DNA of 64,000 bases from an uncultured bacterium (lineage in GTDB: Bacteria; Patescibacteriota; Patescibacteriia; CAIQCM01), in NCBI GenBank assembly GCA_963708045.1, contig OY970181.1:971042-1035041 (forward strand). The letters are read 5' to 3'. A program made the translations under genes and the position numbers. Each line of letters starts with the position of its first letter. Position 1 is the stretch's first letter. This document shows, piece by piece, positions 8,481 through 19,165 of this stretch. The notes beneath the pieces were generated by a model. The model was not told the origin of the DNA. It saw only the letters and a list, made by a program, of their open reading frames with translations, and did not search any database.

Positions 8481-9722
8481 TTATGATGATACAACCAGCA
8501 CTTTTCGGTGCCTGGCGCGATACTTGGAAATTGCGAAACGATGGGCTTCGTCGCGAACACGGATGAAAAGATTTTTTTGCGCTTGCACCACGCGCTTTAA
8601 TTCCCAGTCCGTGGGATCAGCGGGAACGATTTCGTCATTTTTTCGGGTAATGCCTTTGGCAATGCCAATCATTGGCACATTCCAACCAGCGGCTTTGAGT
8701 TCGGTTTTAACGGCGTTAAGCTGGCCACGGCCGCCGTCAATCAAAATCACGTCCGGCCGCTTCCATTCGGAATGGCGAACGCGACGGCGCATCACTTCGG
8801 CCATCATCGCGACGTCGTTAGCGCCAATAACGTCTTTAATATGAAAAATTCTGTAGGCCGATTTCTTTGGAGCGCCATCTTCAAACACCACCATACTCCC
8901 CACGGCGTATTCGCCGGCGATGTTGGAAATATCGTAACCCTCCACCCGGCCAAACACGTCAACAAACTCATTGGTAATATTTTCGCGGGTTAAAAGCGAA
9001 ACATCGCGGACGTGGGAAAGATTTTTAACGCGGTCGCGATACATTGCTGCGCGTTCATATTCCCCCGCCGCAGCCGCGGCAATCATTTTTTTCTTGCTGT
9101 CTTTAATAATCGCGGCCGACTCGCCTCTTAAAAATTTCATCATTGAACGAATATTGTCGCGATAAATTATTTTGGAGGCAACACCAATGCAAACGCCTGG
9201 GCATTTACCAATATGATAATCAAAACAAGCACGTTTTTGATTTGGTTCGCAGTTTGAATATGGGAAAATGCGCCGCAATATTTCTAGCGCGGCGCGAAGC
9301 GGCGCGGCGTGAATAAACGGACCAAAGGTGTCTAAAAATTTTCCCTTAGGCATTCGCGCCAGATCATAGCCGCGCAGCATCACGGGACGCGGAAATTCGG
9401 TTTTGGTAAAAGCCAGATACAAAAAACTTTTGTCATCTAGCCCAAGAATATTATATTTTGGCTGATAACGACGAATCAGGTTCGCTTCCATTACAAGTGC
9501 TTCAAGCACCGAGCCGCAAACAAGATATTCAATCGCGACAATGTGTCGCAAGAGCTCGGTAGTTTTTGCATCCTTAACACCTGTCCAATACGAACCCACG
9601 CGACGCTTAAGCGACGTCGCTTTGCCAACATAGATCACCTTTCCCGCGGCGTTTTTGTATAAATAAACGCCGGGGTGCTCTGGAAGGTGGTTGTTCTGAA
9701 TTTTGATCGTGTGAGGAATCAT
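8481..9722 (-). CDS. uvrC: excinuclease ABC subunit C (compact, 413 aa, apparently lacking the C-terminal (HhH)2 domain)
   Basis: GIY-YIG N-terminus (PGVYLYKNAAGKVIYVGKATSLKRRVGSYW) and the RNase-H-like endonuclease block VRDEAHRFAISKYRARHRK, after which the ORF stops. It lies directly downstream of uvrA. Confidence 0.8.
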   Translation of the reverse strand: MIPHTIKIQNNHLPEHPGVYLYKNAAGKVIYVGKATSLKRRVGSYWTGVKDAKTTELLRHIVAIEYLVCGSVLEALVMEANLIRRYQPKYNILGLDDKSFLYLAFTKTEFPRPVMLRGYDLARMPKGKFLDTFGPFIHAAPLRAALEILRRIFPYSNCEPNQKRACFDYHIGKCPGVCIGVASKIIYRDNIRSMMKFLRGESAAIIKDSKKKMIAAAAAGEYERAAMYRDRVKNLSHVRDVSLLTRENITNEFVDVFGRVEGYDISNIAGEYAVGSMVVFEDGAPKKSAYRIFHIKDVIGANDVAMMAEVMRRRVRHSEWKRPDVILIDGGRGQLNAVKTELKAAGWNVPMIGIAKGITRKNDEIVPADPTDWELKRVVQAQKNLFIRVRDEAHRFAISKYRARHRKVLVVSS

Positions 9723-9728
9723 TGTAAG

Positions 9729-9800
9729 AACTTTTAACTGTTAACTGTTAACTTTTGTGACTTAGCAAGCCTAACAGTTAAAAGTTAAAAGCTAAAAGTT
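9729..9800. promoter_or_regulatory. about 72-nt imperfect palindromic element in the uvrA-uvrC spacer
   Basis: aacttttaactgttaactgttaactttt-gtgacttagcaagcct-aacagttaaaagttaaaagctaaaagtt. About 90% identical to the element at 12392-12470. Confidence 0.6.
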
Positions 9801-9804
9801 ATTT

Positions 9805-12381
9805 TTATTTCTTCGCTAACACCTTACGCAAATACTTTCCCGTGTGTGAGCCGGCGCGGCGGGCGACTTCTTCGGGTGTGCCTTCGGCGACAATTGTGCC
9901 GCCTTTGTCGCCGCCTTCGGGACCCATATCAATAATCCAGTCGGCATTTTTAATGACGTCCAAATTATGTTCAATCACGAGCACGGTGTTGCCCATAGAA
10001 ACCAGCTTTTGCAACATCTCCACAAGCTTGCGCACGTCTTCAAAATGCAAACCAACGGTTGGTTCGTCAAGAACATAAAGGGTGCGGCCAGTGCCGCGCT
10101 TGGCGAGTTCGGCCGAAAGTTTTATGCGCTGAGCTTCGCCGCCCGAAAGTTGCGGCGCGGGCTGTCCCAATTCAACATAACCCAAACCAACTTCTTTCAT
10201 CACTTTTAATTTGTCGTGGATTGCCGGGATGTCGCGAAAAAAATCATCGGCATCTTCCACCGTCATTGTGAGAACGTCGTGAATATTTTTTCCTTTGTAT
10301 TTTACCTCCATTGTTTCGCGATCAAAACGGCGGCCTTTGCAAATATCGCAGGTTACCCAAACCGTCGGCATAAAATGCATTTCAATCGCAATCATTCCGT
10401 GACCTTCGCAATTTTCACAGCGCCCGCCGGGTACGTTAAACGAAAATCGCCCCGGCTTGTAGCCGCGCACCTGCGCTTCGGGCGTTTGGCTATAAAGATC
10501 GCGAATCCACGTCCAAATGCCGGTATAGGTGGCAGGGTTAGAGCGCGGCGTGCGACCGATTGCTGACTGGTCAATCGTGATGAATTTATCAATCCATTCC
10601 AACCCGACAATGCCTTTGTTTTTTCCCGGCTTTATTCGCGAACCGTAAAAACGGTTGGAAAGCGTTTTACAGAGCACGTCGTCAACAAGCGAGGACTTAC
10701 CCGAGCCGGAAACACCAGTCACGCAAACTAATTTGCGGAGTGGAATTTCCACGTCAACATTTTTAAGATTGTTTTCGCAGGCACCGATGATCTTAATTTT
10801 TTCATGAATTTTGACCCGACGATGTTCGGGCACAGGAATTTTTTTCTCACCGCTTAAATATTGCGCCGTAAGCGACGTCTTGGCCGCCTTGGAAGCGAGC
10901 ACGTCGGGCATTGCGCCTTCCATTACAATATGCCCGCCGTGTTTGCCGGCGCCCGGGCCAAAGTCAACCAAATGATCAGCCGACCAAATCGTATCTTCGT
11001 CGTGTTCAACGACGATAATAGAATTTCCGAGGTCGCGTAATTCCAACAAGGTATTAATCAATTTTTCATTATCACGCTGGTGCAAACCGATCGTTGGTTC
11101 GTCCAACACATACGTTGCGCCAGTTAAGCGCGAACCGAGTTGCGACGCCAGGCGAATACGCTGAGCTTCGCCGCCCGAAAGCGTACCAGCACGTCGGCCG
11201 AGCGTAAGATAATGCAAACCAACGTTAAGCATAAATTGCAAACGACCAAGAACTTCTTTTAGAATCGGCGCGGAAATTTCCGCTTCGGTTGCGCTTAACT
11301 TTAGGTTAGAAAAAAATAAGTGGGCATTTTCAATCGTTTCATTAGTCGCTTCAACAATATTTTTTTTGCCAACTGTAACCATTAACGACTCGGCGCGCAA
11401 ACGTTTTCCTTTACACTTGGGACATTCGGCATCCGACCAAACTTCTTCTGTGCCAAGGCCGTGGCAATTTTCGCACGCGCCGTAAGGGCTGTTAAACGAA
11501 AACAAACGCGGTTCTATTTCGGGAAACGCAAAACCGTCGTCGGGACAAGAAAAACGCGCCGACATATTTTGTTCGCTAAGGTCGCCATAAATAATCACCG
11601 TATTGCCTTCGGCTTTTTCTATGGAAATCTCCAACGCTTCAGCAAGCTGTCCGCGGAACGCCTTGTTGTCCTTAAGCGGCCAAGCCAAAGGCACGCGATC
11701 AACAATCAGTTCTATGGTGTGCGCCTTATTTTTTGAAAGCTCAATTCGTTCTTTAAGCGGTTTAATTTTTCCATCAACGCGCACTTCGGCATAACCAGCG
11801 TTATACAAATCATAAAGCATTTGATAATACTCCCCTTTTCGGCCGCGGACGATTGGCGCAAGAACGGTAATATAGTCGCTACTTTTTTTATTATTACCTT
11901 TTACTTTTTTATCATCACTCTGCGACAACGAGATGTCGTGAATTTCGTTTTCACGCTCCACGATCATATTGACCATTTCTTCAACGGTCATTTTTTTAAT
12001 CGGTTTACCGCAAATTAAACAATGCGGCTTGCCAATGCGAGCGTATAAGACGCGCAGGTAGTCGTAAATTTCGGTAATCGTCGCAACGGTGGAACGCGGA
12101 TTGGCTGAATGCGCTTTTTGGTCAATAGAAATCGCCGGCGACAAACCTTCTATTTCGTCCACGTCCGGCTTGTCCATTTGCCCCAAAAATTGCCGCGCGT
12201 AAGCGGAAAGTGATTCTATGTACCGGCGCTGGCCTTCGGCAAAAATGGTATCAAAAGCAAGCGACGACTTGCCCGAACCGGAAAGTCCCGTAAACACGAC
12301 CAATTTATTACGCGGAATCGTGAGCGAAATGTTTTTAAGATTATGCTCCCGCGCGCCTTTAATAATGATGTTGTCTTGCAT
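9805..12381 (-). CDS. uvrA: excinuclease ABC subunit A
   Basis: Two ABC ATPase modules ([14 protein letters not shown] and [11 protein letters not shown]), signature LSGGEAQRI in both, and zinc-finger Cys clusters. Confidence 0.9.
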   Translation of the reverse strand: MQDNIIIKGAREHNLKNISLTIPRNKLVVFTGLSGSGKSSLAFDTIFAEGQRRYIESLSAYARQFLGQMDKPDVDEIEGLSPAISIDQKAHSANPRSTVATITEIYDYLRVLYARIGKPHCLICGKPIKKMTVEEMVNMIVERENEIHDISLSQSDDKKVKGNNKKSSDYITVLAPIVRGRKGEYYQMLYDLYNAGYAEVRVDGKIKPLKERIELSKNKAHTIELIVDRVPLAWPLKDNKAFRGQLAEALEISIEKAEGNTVIIYGDLSEQNMSARFSCPDDGFAFPEIEPRLFSFNSPYGACENCHGLGTEEVWSDAECPKCKGKRLRAESLMVTVGKKNIVEATNETIENAHLFFSNLKLSATEAEISAPILKEVLGRLQFMLNVGLHYLTLGRRAGTLSGGEAQRIRLASQLGSRLTGATYVLDEPTIGLHQRDNEKLINTLLELRDLGNSIIVVEHDEDTIWSADHLVDFGPGAGKHGGHIVMEGAMPDVLASKAAKTSLTAQYLSGEKKIPVPEHRRVKIHEKIKIIGACENNLKNVDVEIPLRKLVCVTGVSGSGKSSLVDDVLCKTLSNRFYGSRIKPGKNKGIVGLEWIDKFITIDQSAIGRTPRSNPATYTGIWTWIRDLYSQTPEAQVRGYKPGRFSFNVPGGRCENCEGHGMIAIEMHFMPTVWVTCDICKGRRFDRETMEVKYKGKNIHDVLTMTVEDADDFFRDIPAIHDKLKVMKEVGLGYVELGQPAPQLSGGEAQRIKLSAELAKRGTGRTLYVLDEPTVGLHFEDVRKLVEMLQKLVSMGNTVLVIEHNLDVIKNADWIIDMGPEGGDKGGTIVAEGTPEEVARRAGSHTGKYLRKVLAKK

Positions 12382-12391
12382 ATTTAATTAA

Positions 12392-12470
12392 AAACTTTTA
12401 ACTATTAACTGTTAACTTTTTTGATGCGACTTAGCAAACCTAACAGCTAAAAGTTAAAAGTTAAAAGCTA
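12392..12470. promoter_or_regulatory. second copy of the palindromic element, in the uvrB-uvrA spacer
   Basis: aacttttaactattaactgttaactttttt-gatgcgacttagcaaacct-aacagctaaaagttaaaagttaaaagct. Confidence 0.6.
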
Positions 12471-14480
12471 TTTTAATTTCTTTCCCTTTAGCACTTTAAT
12501 CTCATCGCGAATAATCGCCGCCAGTTCAAACTCCAAATTTTTTGCTGCCTCGCGCATGGCTAATTCTTTTTCGCGGATGAGTTCTTCCGTTGTTTTGCCG
12601 CTGACCGAATTTTCTATGGCTAAAGTTTTAGCCGCGCTCGCAAGTTCGCGGTCGCCGGCGATCTCTTCGGTAATGTCTTTAATTTTTTTCTTAATTGTCT
12701 TTGGGGTGATGCCGTGTTTGGTGTTGTATTCAAATTGCAACTTGCGCCGGCGTTCAGTTTCGCGGATGGCATTTTTTATCGCTTGCGTTTGACGATCAGC
12801 ATAAAGAATAACTTTTCCGCGGACGTTTCTGGCGGCACGGCCGATTGTCTGAATAAGCGATGTTTCTGAACGCAAAAAACCTTCTTTGTCCGCGTCTAAA
12901 ATCGCGATCAGTGAAACTTCGGGCAAATCAAGGCCTTCGCGCAACAAGTTAACGCCAACCAAAACATCAAAGGTGCCCTTTCTGTATTCCGTAAGAATCC
13001 TAATGCGGTCAAGTGTTTCAATGTCCGAATGCAAATATACGGTTTTGATTTTTTTCTCGGCCAAATATTCAGTAAGATCTTCGGCCATTTTTTTAGTTAA
13101 AGTCGTTACCATTACTCGCTCTTTTCTTTTAATAATCGCGGGGATACGCGAGATTAAATCTTCCACCTGCCCAACGCCGCCCGTCGGTGTGGCCGTGACC
13201 GGGGAAATGACAATCTCGGGATCAAGCAAACCCGTTGGGCGAATAATTTGTTCGTGAACTGCGTCGGCGCGTTTTATTTCAAAAGCCGCCGGCGTTGCCG
13301 AAACATAAATCGTCTTTGGCATCATTGTTTCAAATTCGTTAAACCGGAGCGGCCGATTGTCGGCGGCCGAAGGCAAACGAAAACCATATTCAATAAGATT
13401 ATTTTTGCGCGCCCTATCCCCTTCGTACATTCCAGAAATTTGCGGCATCGTGACGTGCGACTCGTCAATCACAAGGAGCCAATCGTTGCCATAGGCTTGC
13501 CGAAAATAATCCACCAGCGTTTCCGGCGGTGAACCAGCCGGACGATGCGAAAGCGGACGCGAATAATTTTCTATGCCGTGGCAAAAGCCGATTTCTTTCA
13601 TCATTTCTAGGTCAAAACGCGTGCGTCTGTCCAACCTTTCGGCCTCAAGCAATTTTCCTTGTTTTTCAAAAACTTTAATTCGCTCGTTAAGTTCGGCGCG
13701 AATCGCCGTAAGCGCGCTTTCTAGTTCATTCGGCTTAGTGACGAAATGTTTACCTGGAAAAATCACTGCCTCATTTACCTCTTCCAAAATTTTCCGCGTG
13801 ATCGGATCAATGATATAAATTTCCGTCACTGTACCAGCCGAAGTGCGAATGCGATAAAAAACACTTTGACTTACCGGCATTATTTCTATTGTTTCGCCGC
13901 TAACTCTAAATTGTCCACGAATAAGGTCGGCGTTGGTGCGGACATAGTGCATTCCTACGAGCGACTTTAAAATGTCGGCACGAGTAATCGTTTGGCCTTT
14001 AGTAATTTTCATCGCCGACCCCAAATAAGCAGACGGCGTGCCAAGGCCATAGATGCAAGAAACCGAAGCGCAAACAATAACGTCTTTGCGCGTGAGCACG
14101 TCTTGGGTCGCCGAGTGACGCAGGCGGTCAATTTCGTCGTTAATCATCGCCTCTTTTTCTATATACGTATCCGAACCCGGCAAGTACGCTTCCGGCTGGT
14201 AATAATCGTAATAGGAAACAAAATAATCAACGGCGTTTTTGGGAAACAGTTCGCGAAACTCGTTCGTAAGCTGGGCGGCCAAAGTCTTGTTGTGCGAAAT
14301 CACCAAGGTCGGCAATTTTGTTTCGGCAATGACATTGGCAACAGTAAAAGTTTTTCCCGATCCAGTAACGCCTAAAAGAACCTGTTCATGATCCTCTTTT
14401 TTAATACCAGAAACCAGCCCCGCAATTGCTTGGGGTTGATCACCGGCCGGCTTATGTTTACTTGTCAGTTTGAAGTCCAT
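12468..14480 (-). CDS. uvrB: excinuclease ABC subunit B
   Basis: Walker A (GVTGSGKTFTVANV), DESH box (VIDESHVT), a helicase C-terminal region and a UVR domain at the C-terminus. Confidence 0.9.
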   Translation of the reverse strand: MDFKLTSKHKPAGDQPQAIAGLVSGIKKEDHEQVLLGVTGSGKTFTVANVIAETKLPTLVISHNKTLAAQLTNEFRELFPKNAVDYFVSYYDYYQPEAYLPGSDTYIEKEAMINDEIDRLRHSATQDVLTRKDVIVCASVSCIYGLGTPSAYLGSAMKITKGQTITRADILKSLVGMHYVRTNADLIRGQFRVSGETIEIMPVSQSVFYRIRTSAGTVTEIYIIDPITRKILEEVNEAVIFPGKHFVTKPNELESALTAIRAELNERIKVFEKQGKLLEAERLDRRTRFDLEMMKEIGFCHGIENYSRPLSHRPAGSPPETLVDYFRQAYGNDWLLVIDESHVTMPQISGMYEGDRARKNNLIEYGFRLPSAADNRPLRFNEFETMMPKTIYVSATPAAFEIKRADAVHEQIIRPTGLLDPEIVISPVTATPTGGVGQVEDLISRIPAIIKRKERVMVTTLTKKMAEDLTEYLAEKKIKTVYLHSDIETLDRIRILTEYRKGTFDVLVGVNLLREGLDLPEVSLIAILDADKEGFLRSETSLIQTIGRAARNVRGKVILYADRQTQAIKNAIRETERRRKLQFEYNTKHGITPKTIKKKIKDITEEIAGDRELASAAKTLAIENSVSGKTTEELIREKELAMREAAKNLEFELAAIIRDEIKVLKGKKLK

Positions 14481-14606
14481 TTCCTTATTACCTTATAATA
14501 ATGACTCTAAGCGATAGTGATAAATTATCGCGTCAAACGCCAAAAATCGCCCCGCCGCACGCTTGCGCTTAGGGGTATACTCAATCTGTCTTGAGCTTGT
14601 TTTAAT

Positions 14607-15068
14607 TTATTTTACTTCATCCAAAGCCCGCTTCGCAAAAAACGCGACGTCTTTTGCAATCGGGTTTAATTGGTCAATATCTTCCTTGGTGCACCATTTC
14701 CATTCACCGCTTTTTTCATTCTCACCCTCTTTAACCTTATCGCTCAAAGATCGGGCATAAAAAGTCATTGCAATATGCTCGTGCGTATCCGATATCCGAT
14801 GACGATTTAATGCGACTGGCGGAATTAATTGCTTGTGCGATTCGTCGTCCGGAATATCAACTGGATTTAAATTGACTAATTCCACATCCAAACCAACTTC
14901 TTCCTTAACCTCGCGAATTGCCGCCGCATTTGGATCTTCATCTAATTCAATATGCCCACCAACCGAAAGCCAGATCTTGTATTTATCATGCTTTCGGAGC
15001 AACACTTTGCCCTTGCAAACGACTAAAACTTCAACCGTGAAGTCAATTTTATCGTGAATGTGGGGCAT
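14607..15068 (-). CDS. NUDIX hydrolase
   Basis: Nudix box GGHIELDEDPNAAAIREVKEEVGL. Confidence 0.8.
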   Translation of the reverse strand: MPHIHDKIDFTVEVLVVCKGKVLLRKHDKYKIWLSVGGHIELDEDPNAAAIREVKEEVGLDVELVNLNPVDIPDDESHKQLIPPVALNRHRISDTHEHIAMTFYARSLSDKVKEGENEKSGEWKWCTKEDIDQLNPIAKDVAFFAKRALDEVK

Positions 15069-15137
15069 AAAAACACATTATTGTTTTAGACCGACAATAT
15101 ATGCTATCTTGTGTTGTCTCGTATGTCAACCCTAAGC

Positions 15138-15356
15138 TTATTCCTCTTCCCCGGTAAGCTCGGCAAAAAACTTGGGGAACATCATTTTAAGAGCGTCTTC
15201 GTCGCCCTCGGTGTCGTCGTCCTCTTCGGTCAAGCCTTCGGTGCGAAATTCTTCAACAACATCCTCAACAATTTCGTCCCAAGCTTCTTGATCGGTAACG
15301 CCAGTATCGCGAGCGCGATTGGCAATTTCGTTATAAAGTTCGTTGGTGTTTTCCAT
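15138..15356 (-). CDS. small acidic protein (72 aa)
   Basis: Highly acidic ORF (EEDDDTEGDED); same strand as its neighbours. Confidence 0.35.
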   Translation of the reverse strand: MENTNELYNEIANRARDTGVTDQEAWDEIVEDVVEEFRTEGLTEEDDDTEGDEDALKMMFPKFFAELTGEEE

Positions 15357-15393
15357 ACCCCGTTAAAAAAATTAATTTAAATATTAATGATAA

Positions 15394-16794
15394 TTAGTAG
15401 CAAGCATTACATTCGGCGCCGCCGCAGTCAAGCCCAGTTTCGTCAAAATCTTTTTTGCCGTCGCGGCAATGATTGCCGATGATCGCTTTTGACGAATCAT
15501 ACAAGCCAAGATTGTACGCCGAATCCTCGGTCGCGACAAGCGCGTCTTCAAACAAGGACGAGAAATTTTTAAGAGTTCCAGCATCGGCCACATCGGTTGT
15601 CATATAACTATAGCTCACGCCACGAACACCACTGCCCGTTGCCAAGTTTTTTGTAGACGGACCGGGAATTACCCCAGAAACAAGCGTCCGCGGTGCGATC
15701 ACAAACACCGCGTCGGTGGATGAATCAGCTTGTTGGTTTATATATGACGAAAGATCGGAAGGCGCAAACCACCAGTCGCAAGTACCGCTTATCCGCGACA
15801 TCGTTATTTGCCCCGTAATATGAGATTGGATACTGCCAACAGCAAGGCGCGACGAAGTTTTGTTCACGACGCTGTCCGAGAAAGTTGACAGTCCCGCGCC
15901 AATATCGCGATTGGTTTGTGAGCTTATCGTGGCACGATCGCAAAGTTGTTGTTTATCCCCGTATTGATAAATGTCGCGCGGGTGAACGGATTTAAAAGTT
16001 TCGTCATTGGTAAAAGACAAGCCACCGAGCGAGCAACAGTTGCCACCCGAACAAGCATTACCGACAAAACAAAGATCAGCTGAGTCAATAGAAATAACGC
16101 GAACCGACAAACTAGAAGGGCCAACAACCATCGTGCAGGCTCCGGCCTTGCACACATTACCGAGGCCGCAAGCCGACGAACAAACGAGCGGCGCGGCAGG
16201 GGCATTTGTATTGGTGTTATCGTTACTGTTCGTGTTGGTATTATTAACCGGCGGAGCAGAACTTAGCCCCTTGTCCATATTAATACTTGCATCAGCCAAA
16301 GCCGCGCCCGTTGGATCGTAATCGTTAACCGAAGAAATCGGCGCGCCAACGGAATAATTTATAAAAAAGGCGTCAGCGATATCATCAACTTTTTTGCTCC
16401 AACCCGCGCCAAAAATCGCGTTCGCGGCGCTTTCGGAATTTACCCAACGCAAAACGCCATGTACATCTATGGCATAAACTTTGGGATCGGACTGAATTTT
16501 AACCAAGTGCGCGCCAGGGCGATAAGTCACATTGCCGCCAAGTTGGTATGAAGCAAGCTCGGCGTCGGAAATTGTTTTAACGTTAAAAAAATCCGTATAC
16601 CAGCTAAAATATACTTTATCATTCGGAAAAACATAGCGCTTGCTATTAGCGCCAAGATAATAAACCGCCGGCAAACTTCCTTTGACCAAATCACCCGAAG
16701 CGACCGAGGAAATTTTTAGATGTTGCGCGCCAAAAACGCCAGCCAAAAGCAAAGCCGGGATAAACGAGAAAAGAACGATTCCCTTATTTTTCAT
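15394..16794 (-). CDS. secreted cysteine-rich protein
   Basis: N-terminal signal/TM segment, a low-complexity TNTNSNDNTNTN linker, and multiple Cys clusters (CSSACGLGNVCKAGAC, CSGGNCC, CGGAECNACY). Confidence 0.5.
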   Translation of the reverse strand: MKNKGIVLFSFIPALLLAGVFGAQHLKISSVASGDLVKGSLPAVYYLGANSKRYVFPNDKVYFSWYTDFFNVKTISDAELASYQLGGNVTYRPGAHLVKIQSDPKVYAIDVHGVLRWVNSESAANAIFGAGWSKKVDDIADAFFINYSVGAPISSVNDYDPTGAALADASINMDKGLSSAPPVNNTNTNSNDNTNTNAPAAPLVCSSACGLGNVCKAGACTMVVGPSSLSVRVISIDSADLCFVGNACSGGNCCSLGGLSFTNDETFKSVHPRDIYQYGDKQQLCDRATISSQTNRDIGAGLSTFSDSVVNKTSSRLAVGSIQSHITGQITMSRISGTCDWWFAPSDLSSYINQQADSSTDAVFVIAPRTLVSGVIPGPSTKNLATGSGVRGVSYSYMTTDVADAGTLKNFSSLFEDALVATEDSAYNLGLYDSSKAIIGNHCRDGKKDFDETGLDCGGAECNACY

Positions 16795-16842
16795 AAATAA
16801 TTCATTAATTAAAACCTTGAATATTATACACCGACGGTTATT

Positions 16843-17670
16843 TTATTTAAACAAGCGCCTGCCAACGGACAAAGCCAAAAAGAAAAAACTAAACATCACG
16901 ATCGTCGCCCCAGCCGGAAGATCAGCGAAATAGGCGTAGGTTATTCCGCCAAGCACCGAAAGCACGCCAAAGGCCGGCGCTAGCAAAATCGTTTGTTTAA
17001 AACTTTTAGAAAAACCAAAAGCAGTTACCGCCGGCAGAACAATAAACGCCGAAACAAGCAGCGTCCCCACAACACGCACCGAAATAACAACGGTGAGGCC
17101 AGTGAGGAGAACAATGGCCGCGTTTAGCCACTCAGTTTTGACGCCGCTTATTTTGGCGAATTCGTTATCAAAAGTCATTGCAAAAAGCCGGCGATAGAAA
17201 AACGCGATAAAAATAATTATGACGAGCGAAAGAATCACCGAAAGGATTGTCTCGGCCGGACTGATCGCCAAAATGCTTCCAAAAAGATAACTCATCAGAT
17301 CAACATTAAAGCCGTGTGACAAACTGGCAAGAATGACGCCAGCGGCAATGCCAAAAGCCGAAACAATGGCGATTGCCGCGTCGGCAAAAAGTCCGGCGCG
17401 CTCGGATATTTTCCAAATAAGCAATGCCCCAACAAGACAGACCGGAATGGCAATATAAAACGGCGTAAAACCCAAAAACAAACCCAGCGCGATCGCGCCA
17501 AAACTAACATGCGCCAGCCCGTCGCCAACAAGCGACATTTTTCTTAGCACCAAAAATACGCCAAGCACCGAACACGCGATCGCGACAAAAATTCCAGCAA
17601 GATAAGCGCGGTCAATAAAGGCGTAGGACAAAAAAGAAAAATCCATATTATTTATCGCACGATAAACCAA
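16843..17670 (-). CDS. znuB: metal (Zn/Mn) ABC transporter permease, ABC-3 family
   Basis: Polytopic membrane protein carrying the conserved ABC-3 block RKMSLVGDGLAHVSFGAIALG. Confidence 0.75.
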   Translation of the reverse strand: MVYRAINNMDFSFLSYAFIDRAYLAGIFVAIACSVLGVFLVLRKMSLVGDGLAHVSFGAIALGLFLGFTPFYIAIPVCLVGALLIWKISERAGLFADAAIAIVSAFGIAAGVILASLSHGFNVDLMSYLFGSILAISPAETILSVILSLVIIIFIAFFYRRLFAMTFDNEFAKISGVKTEWLNAAIVLLTGLTVVISVRVVGTLLVSAFIVLPAVTAFGFSKSFKQTILLAPAFGVLSVLGGITYAYFADLPAGATIVMFSFFFLALSVGRRLFK

Positions 17671-18598
17671 TCTTAAGCGCGGTGAGATCGTTACGCATTA
17701 TATCAGCAAATGTCGTCCCATTAGCAATTTCATCAGCACTTACGTTATGTGCGGCGTTCAGAAGCAAAATTTGCGTGCCGGTTTCCCCGCTTAATGTACG
17801 CGCGATTTTTGGATCAACTAATTCTTCGTAAAAAATGTATTTGGTATTTAATTTTTTTATTTCGCGAACAATCGCCGCCAGTTTGGCTGGCGACGGTTCA
17901 GCGTCCGGGCTAAATCCTTCGGCGGCGACGTTGGTTAGGCCGTAACGTTTTGCAAAATATGCGAAGGTCATATGCCCGCCCTGGATTATTTCCTTGGTCG
18001 CACAAGTTTTTAGACTGGTTCTAAAACCAGCATCAAGAGCGTTTAGTTCATCTTTTAAAACCGCCGCATTATTTTTGTAGTAAGCAGCGTTCGTTGGATC
18101 AGCCTTAATAAAAGACGTGGTGATATTTTCAACCATTATTTGCGCGTTACCAAGATCAAGCCAAAAGTGCGGATCAAAGCCAGAAACCGCGTCACCCGTT
18201 ACTGCGCTGGCGTTTAAAAATTCAACCCCTTTGCTCGCGTCGGCAACAACTAAATTTTTATTTTCCGATGCCGTGACCAAACTTTCTGCCCAAGGTTCCA
18301 TTATTTTTCCGGCATAAGCAAAAACGCCGGCTTTTGCGACTTTAAGCATATCCGACGGCGTTGGTTCAAAAGAATGCGGTTCAACGCCCGGCGGGATGAT
18401 GGTGGAAACAAAAGCACGGTCACCGCCGATGGCTCTTGCAAAATCAAAAACCGGGAAAAGCGTCGCAACGACAACTAATTTATTTCCTGTTTCCGCGACC
18501 GGTTGTTTTGATTTATTTATAACAAAAAGCGTAGCCGAAATAATAACGCCGACGAGCGCGACAACATACAAAATTTGCAAAATCAATCTCTTTTTCAC
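17648..18598 (-). CDS. znuA: metal ABC transporter substrate-binding protein (TroA/ZnuA family)
   Basis: N-terminal TM/signal segment, VVATLFPVFDFARAIGGD, and conserved His/Glu metal-site context (PPGVEPHSFEPTPSD, DPHFWLD). Confidence 0.75.
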   Translation of the reverse strand: MKKRLILQILYVVALVGVIISATLFVINKSKQPVAETGNKLVVVATLFPVFDFARAIGGDRAFVSTIIPPGVEPHSFEPTPSDMLKVAKAGVFAYAGKIMEPWAESLVTASENKNLVVADASKGVEFLNASAVTGDAVSGFDPHFWLDLGNAQIMVENITTSFIKADPTNAAYYKNNAAVLKDELNALDAGFRTSLKTCATKEIIQGGHMTFAYFAKRYGLTNVAAEGFSPDAEPSPAKLAAIVREIKKLNTKYIFYEELVDPKIARTLSGETGTQILLLNAAHNVSADEIANGTTFADIMRNDLTALKIGLSCDK

Positions 18599-18635
18599 AA
18601 ATTAAATTATACCGTTAAAAAGACAAAAACAAAAG

Positions 18636-18676
18636 CGCCTGCGTACCAGGCGCCTAAGCGACTTTTTTGCGCAAAA
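18636..18676 (-). terminator. rho-independent terminator
   Basis: On the minus strand, gcgcctggtacgcaggcgc is followed by ttttgtttttgtcttttt. Confidence 0.5.
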
Positions 18677-18704
18677 ATTAGCGCATCGTCTTGGCTGAAT
18701 CAGC

Positions 18705-19043
18705 CTAACTCCCCAAGTGATAGTTGCGAGACGGGATCATTCTCGCCCTGAAAGCACTATCGTCGCCCTGGATGCCGTCTAAGTTTACATCCGAATCAAC
18801 CTTATTGCGGTCTGACAACATCATTGACGGAATTCTCTTTCCCGAGTCAGTCATCCCGTCCCAAACCCTGGCGACGAGCCGCCGCGGTGTCGTTTGCACA
18901 AACGCGATCAAACCGTGAAACCGGTTAAAATCGGTTATGAAATAGAAGATGACCGCAAGAGCCAAAAGTACAAGAAAAAACACAACCGCGACCTGAAGAA
19001 GCTCGTGCACGAAATTTGCTGATCCAAAGAACGTTTGCGTCAT
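18705..19043 (-). CDS. hypothetical membrane protein
   Basis: 112-aa ORF with one TM segment. Confidence 0.3.
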   Translation of the reverse strand: MTQTFFGSANFVHELLQVAVVFFLVLLALAVIFYFITDFNRFHGLIAFVQTTPRRLVARVWDGMTDSGKRIPSMMLSDRNKVDSDVNLDGIQGDDSAFRARMIPSRNYHLGS

Positions 19044-19165
19044 GTTGCCCTCCAGGAAGATTTAATCATCTTTGCATTTTTTAGTCAAAAAATCCTCCGA
19101 CGCCACAAATAGGCATTGGAGGATTTTAAAATTTCTTTCATGGAAGAAAATACAAATAATTTATC

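Noticed and set aside
8347-8844. Plus-strand ORFs 8347-8844 and 43571-43795 beginning ...VKGRVGRVL...
   Set aside because: They translate through copies of the structured intergenic repeat and then antisense into uvrC or the intergenic region, so they are artefacts of the repeat.
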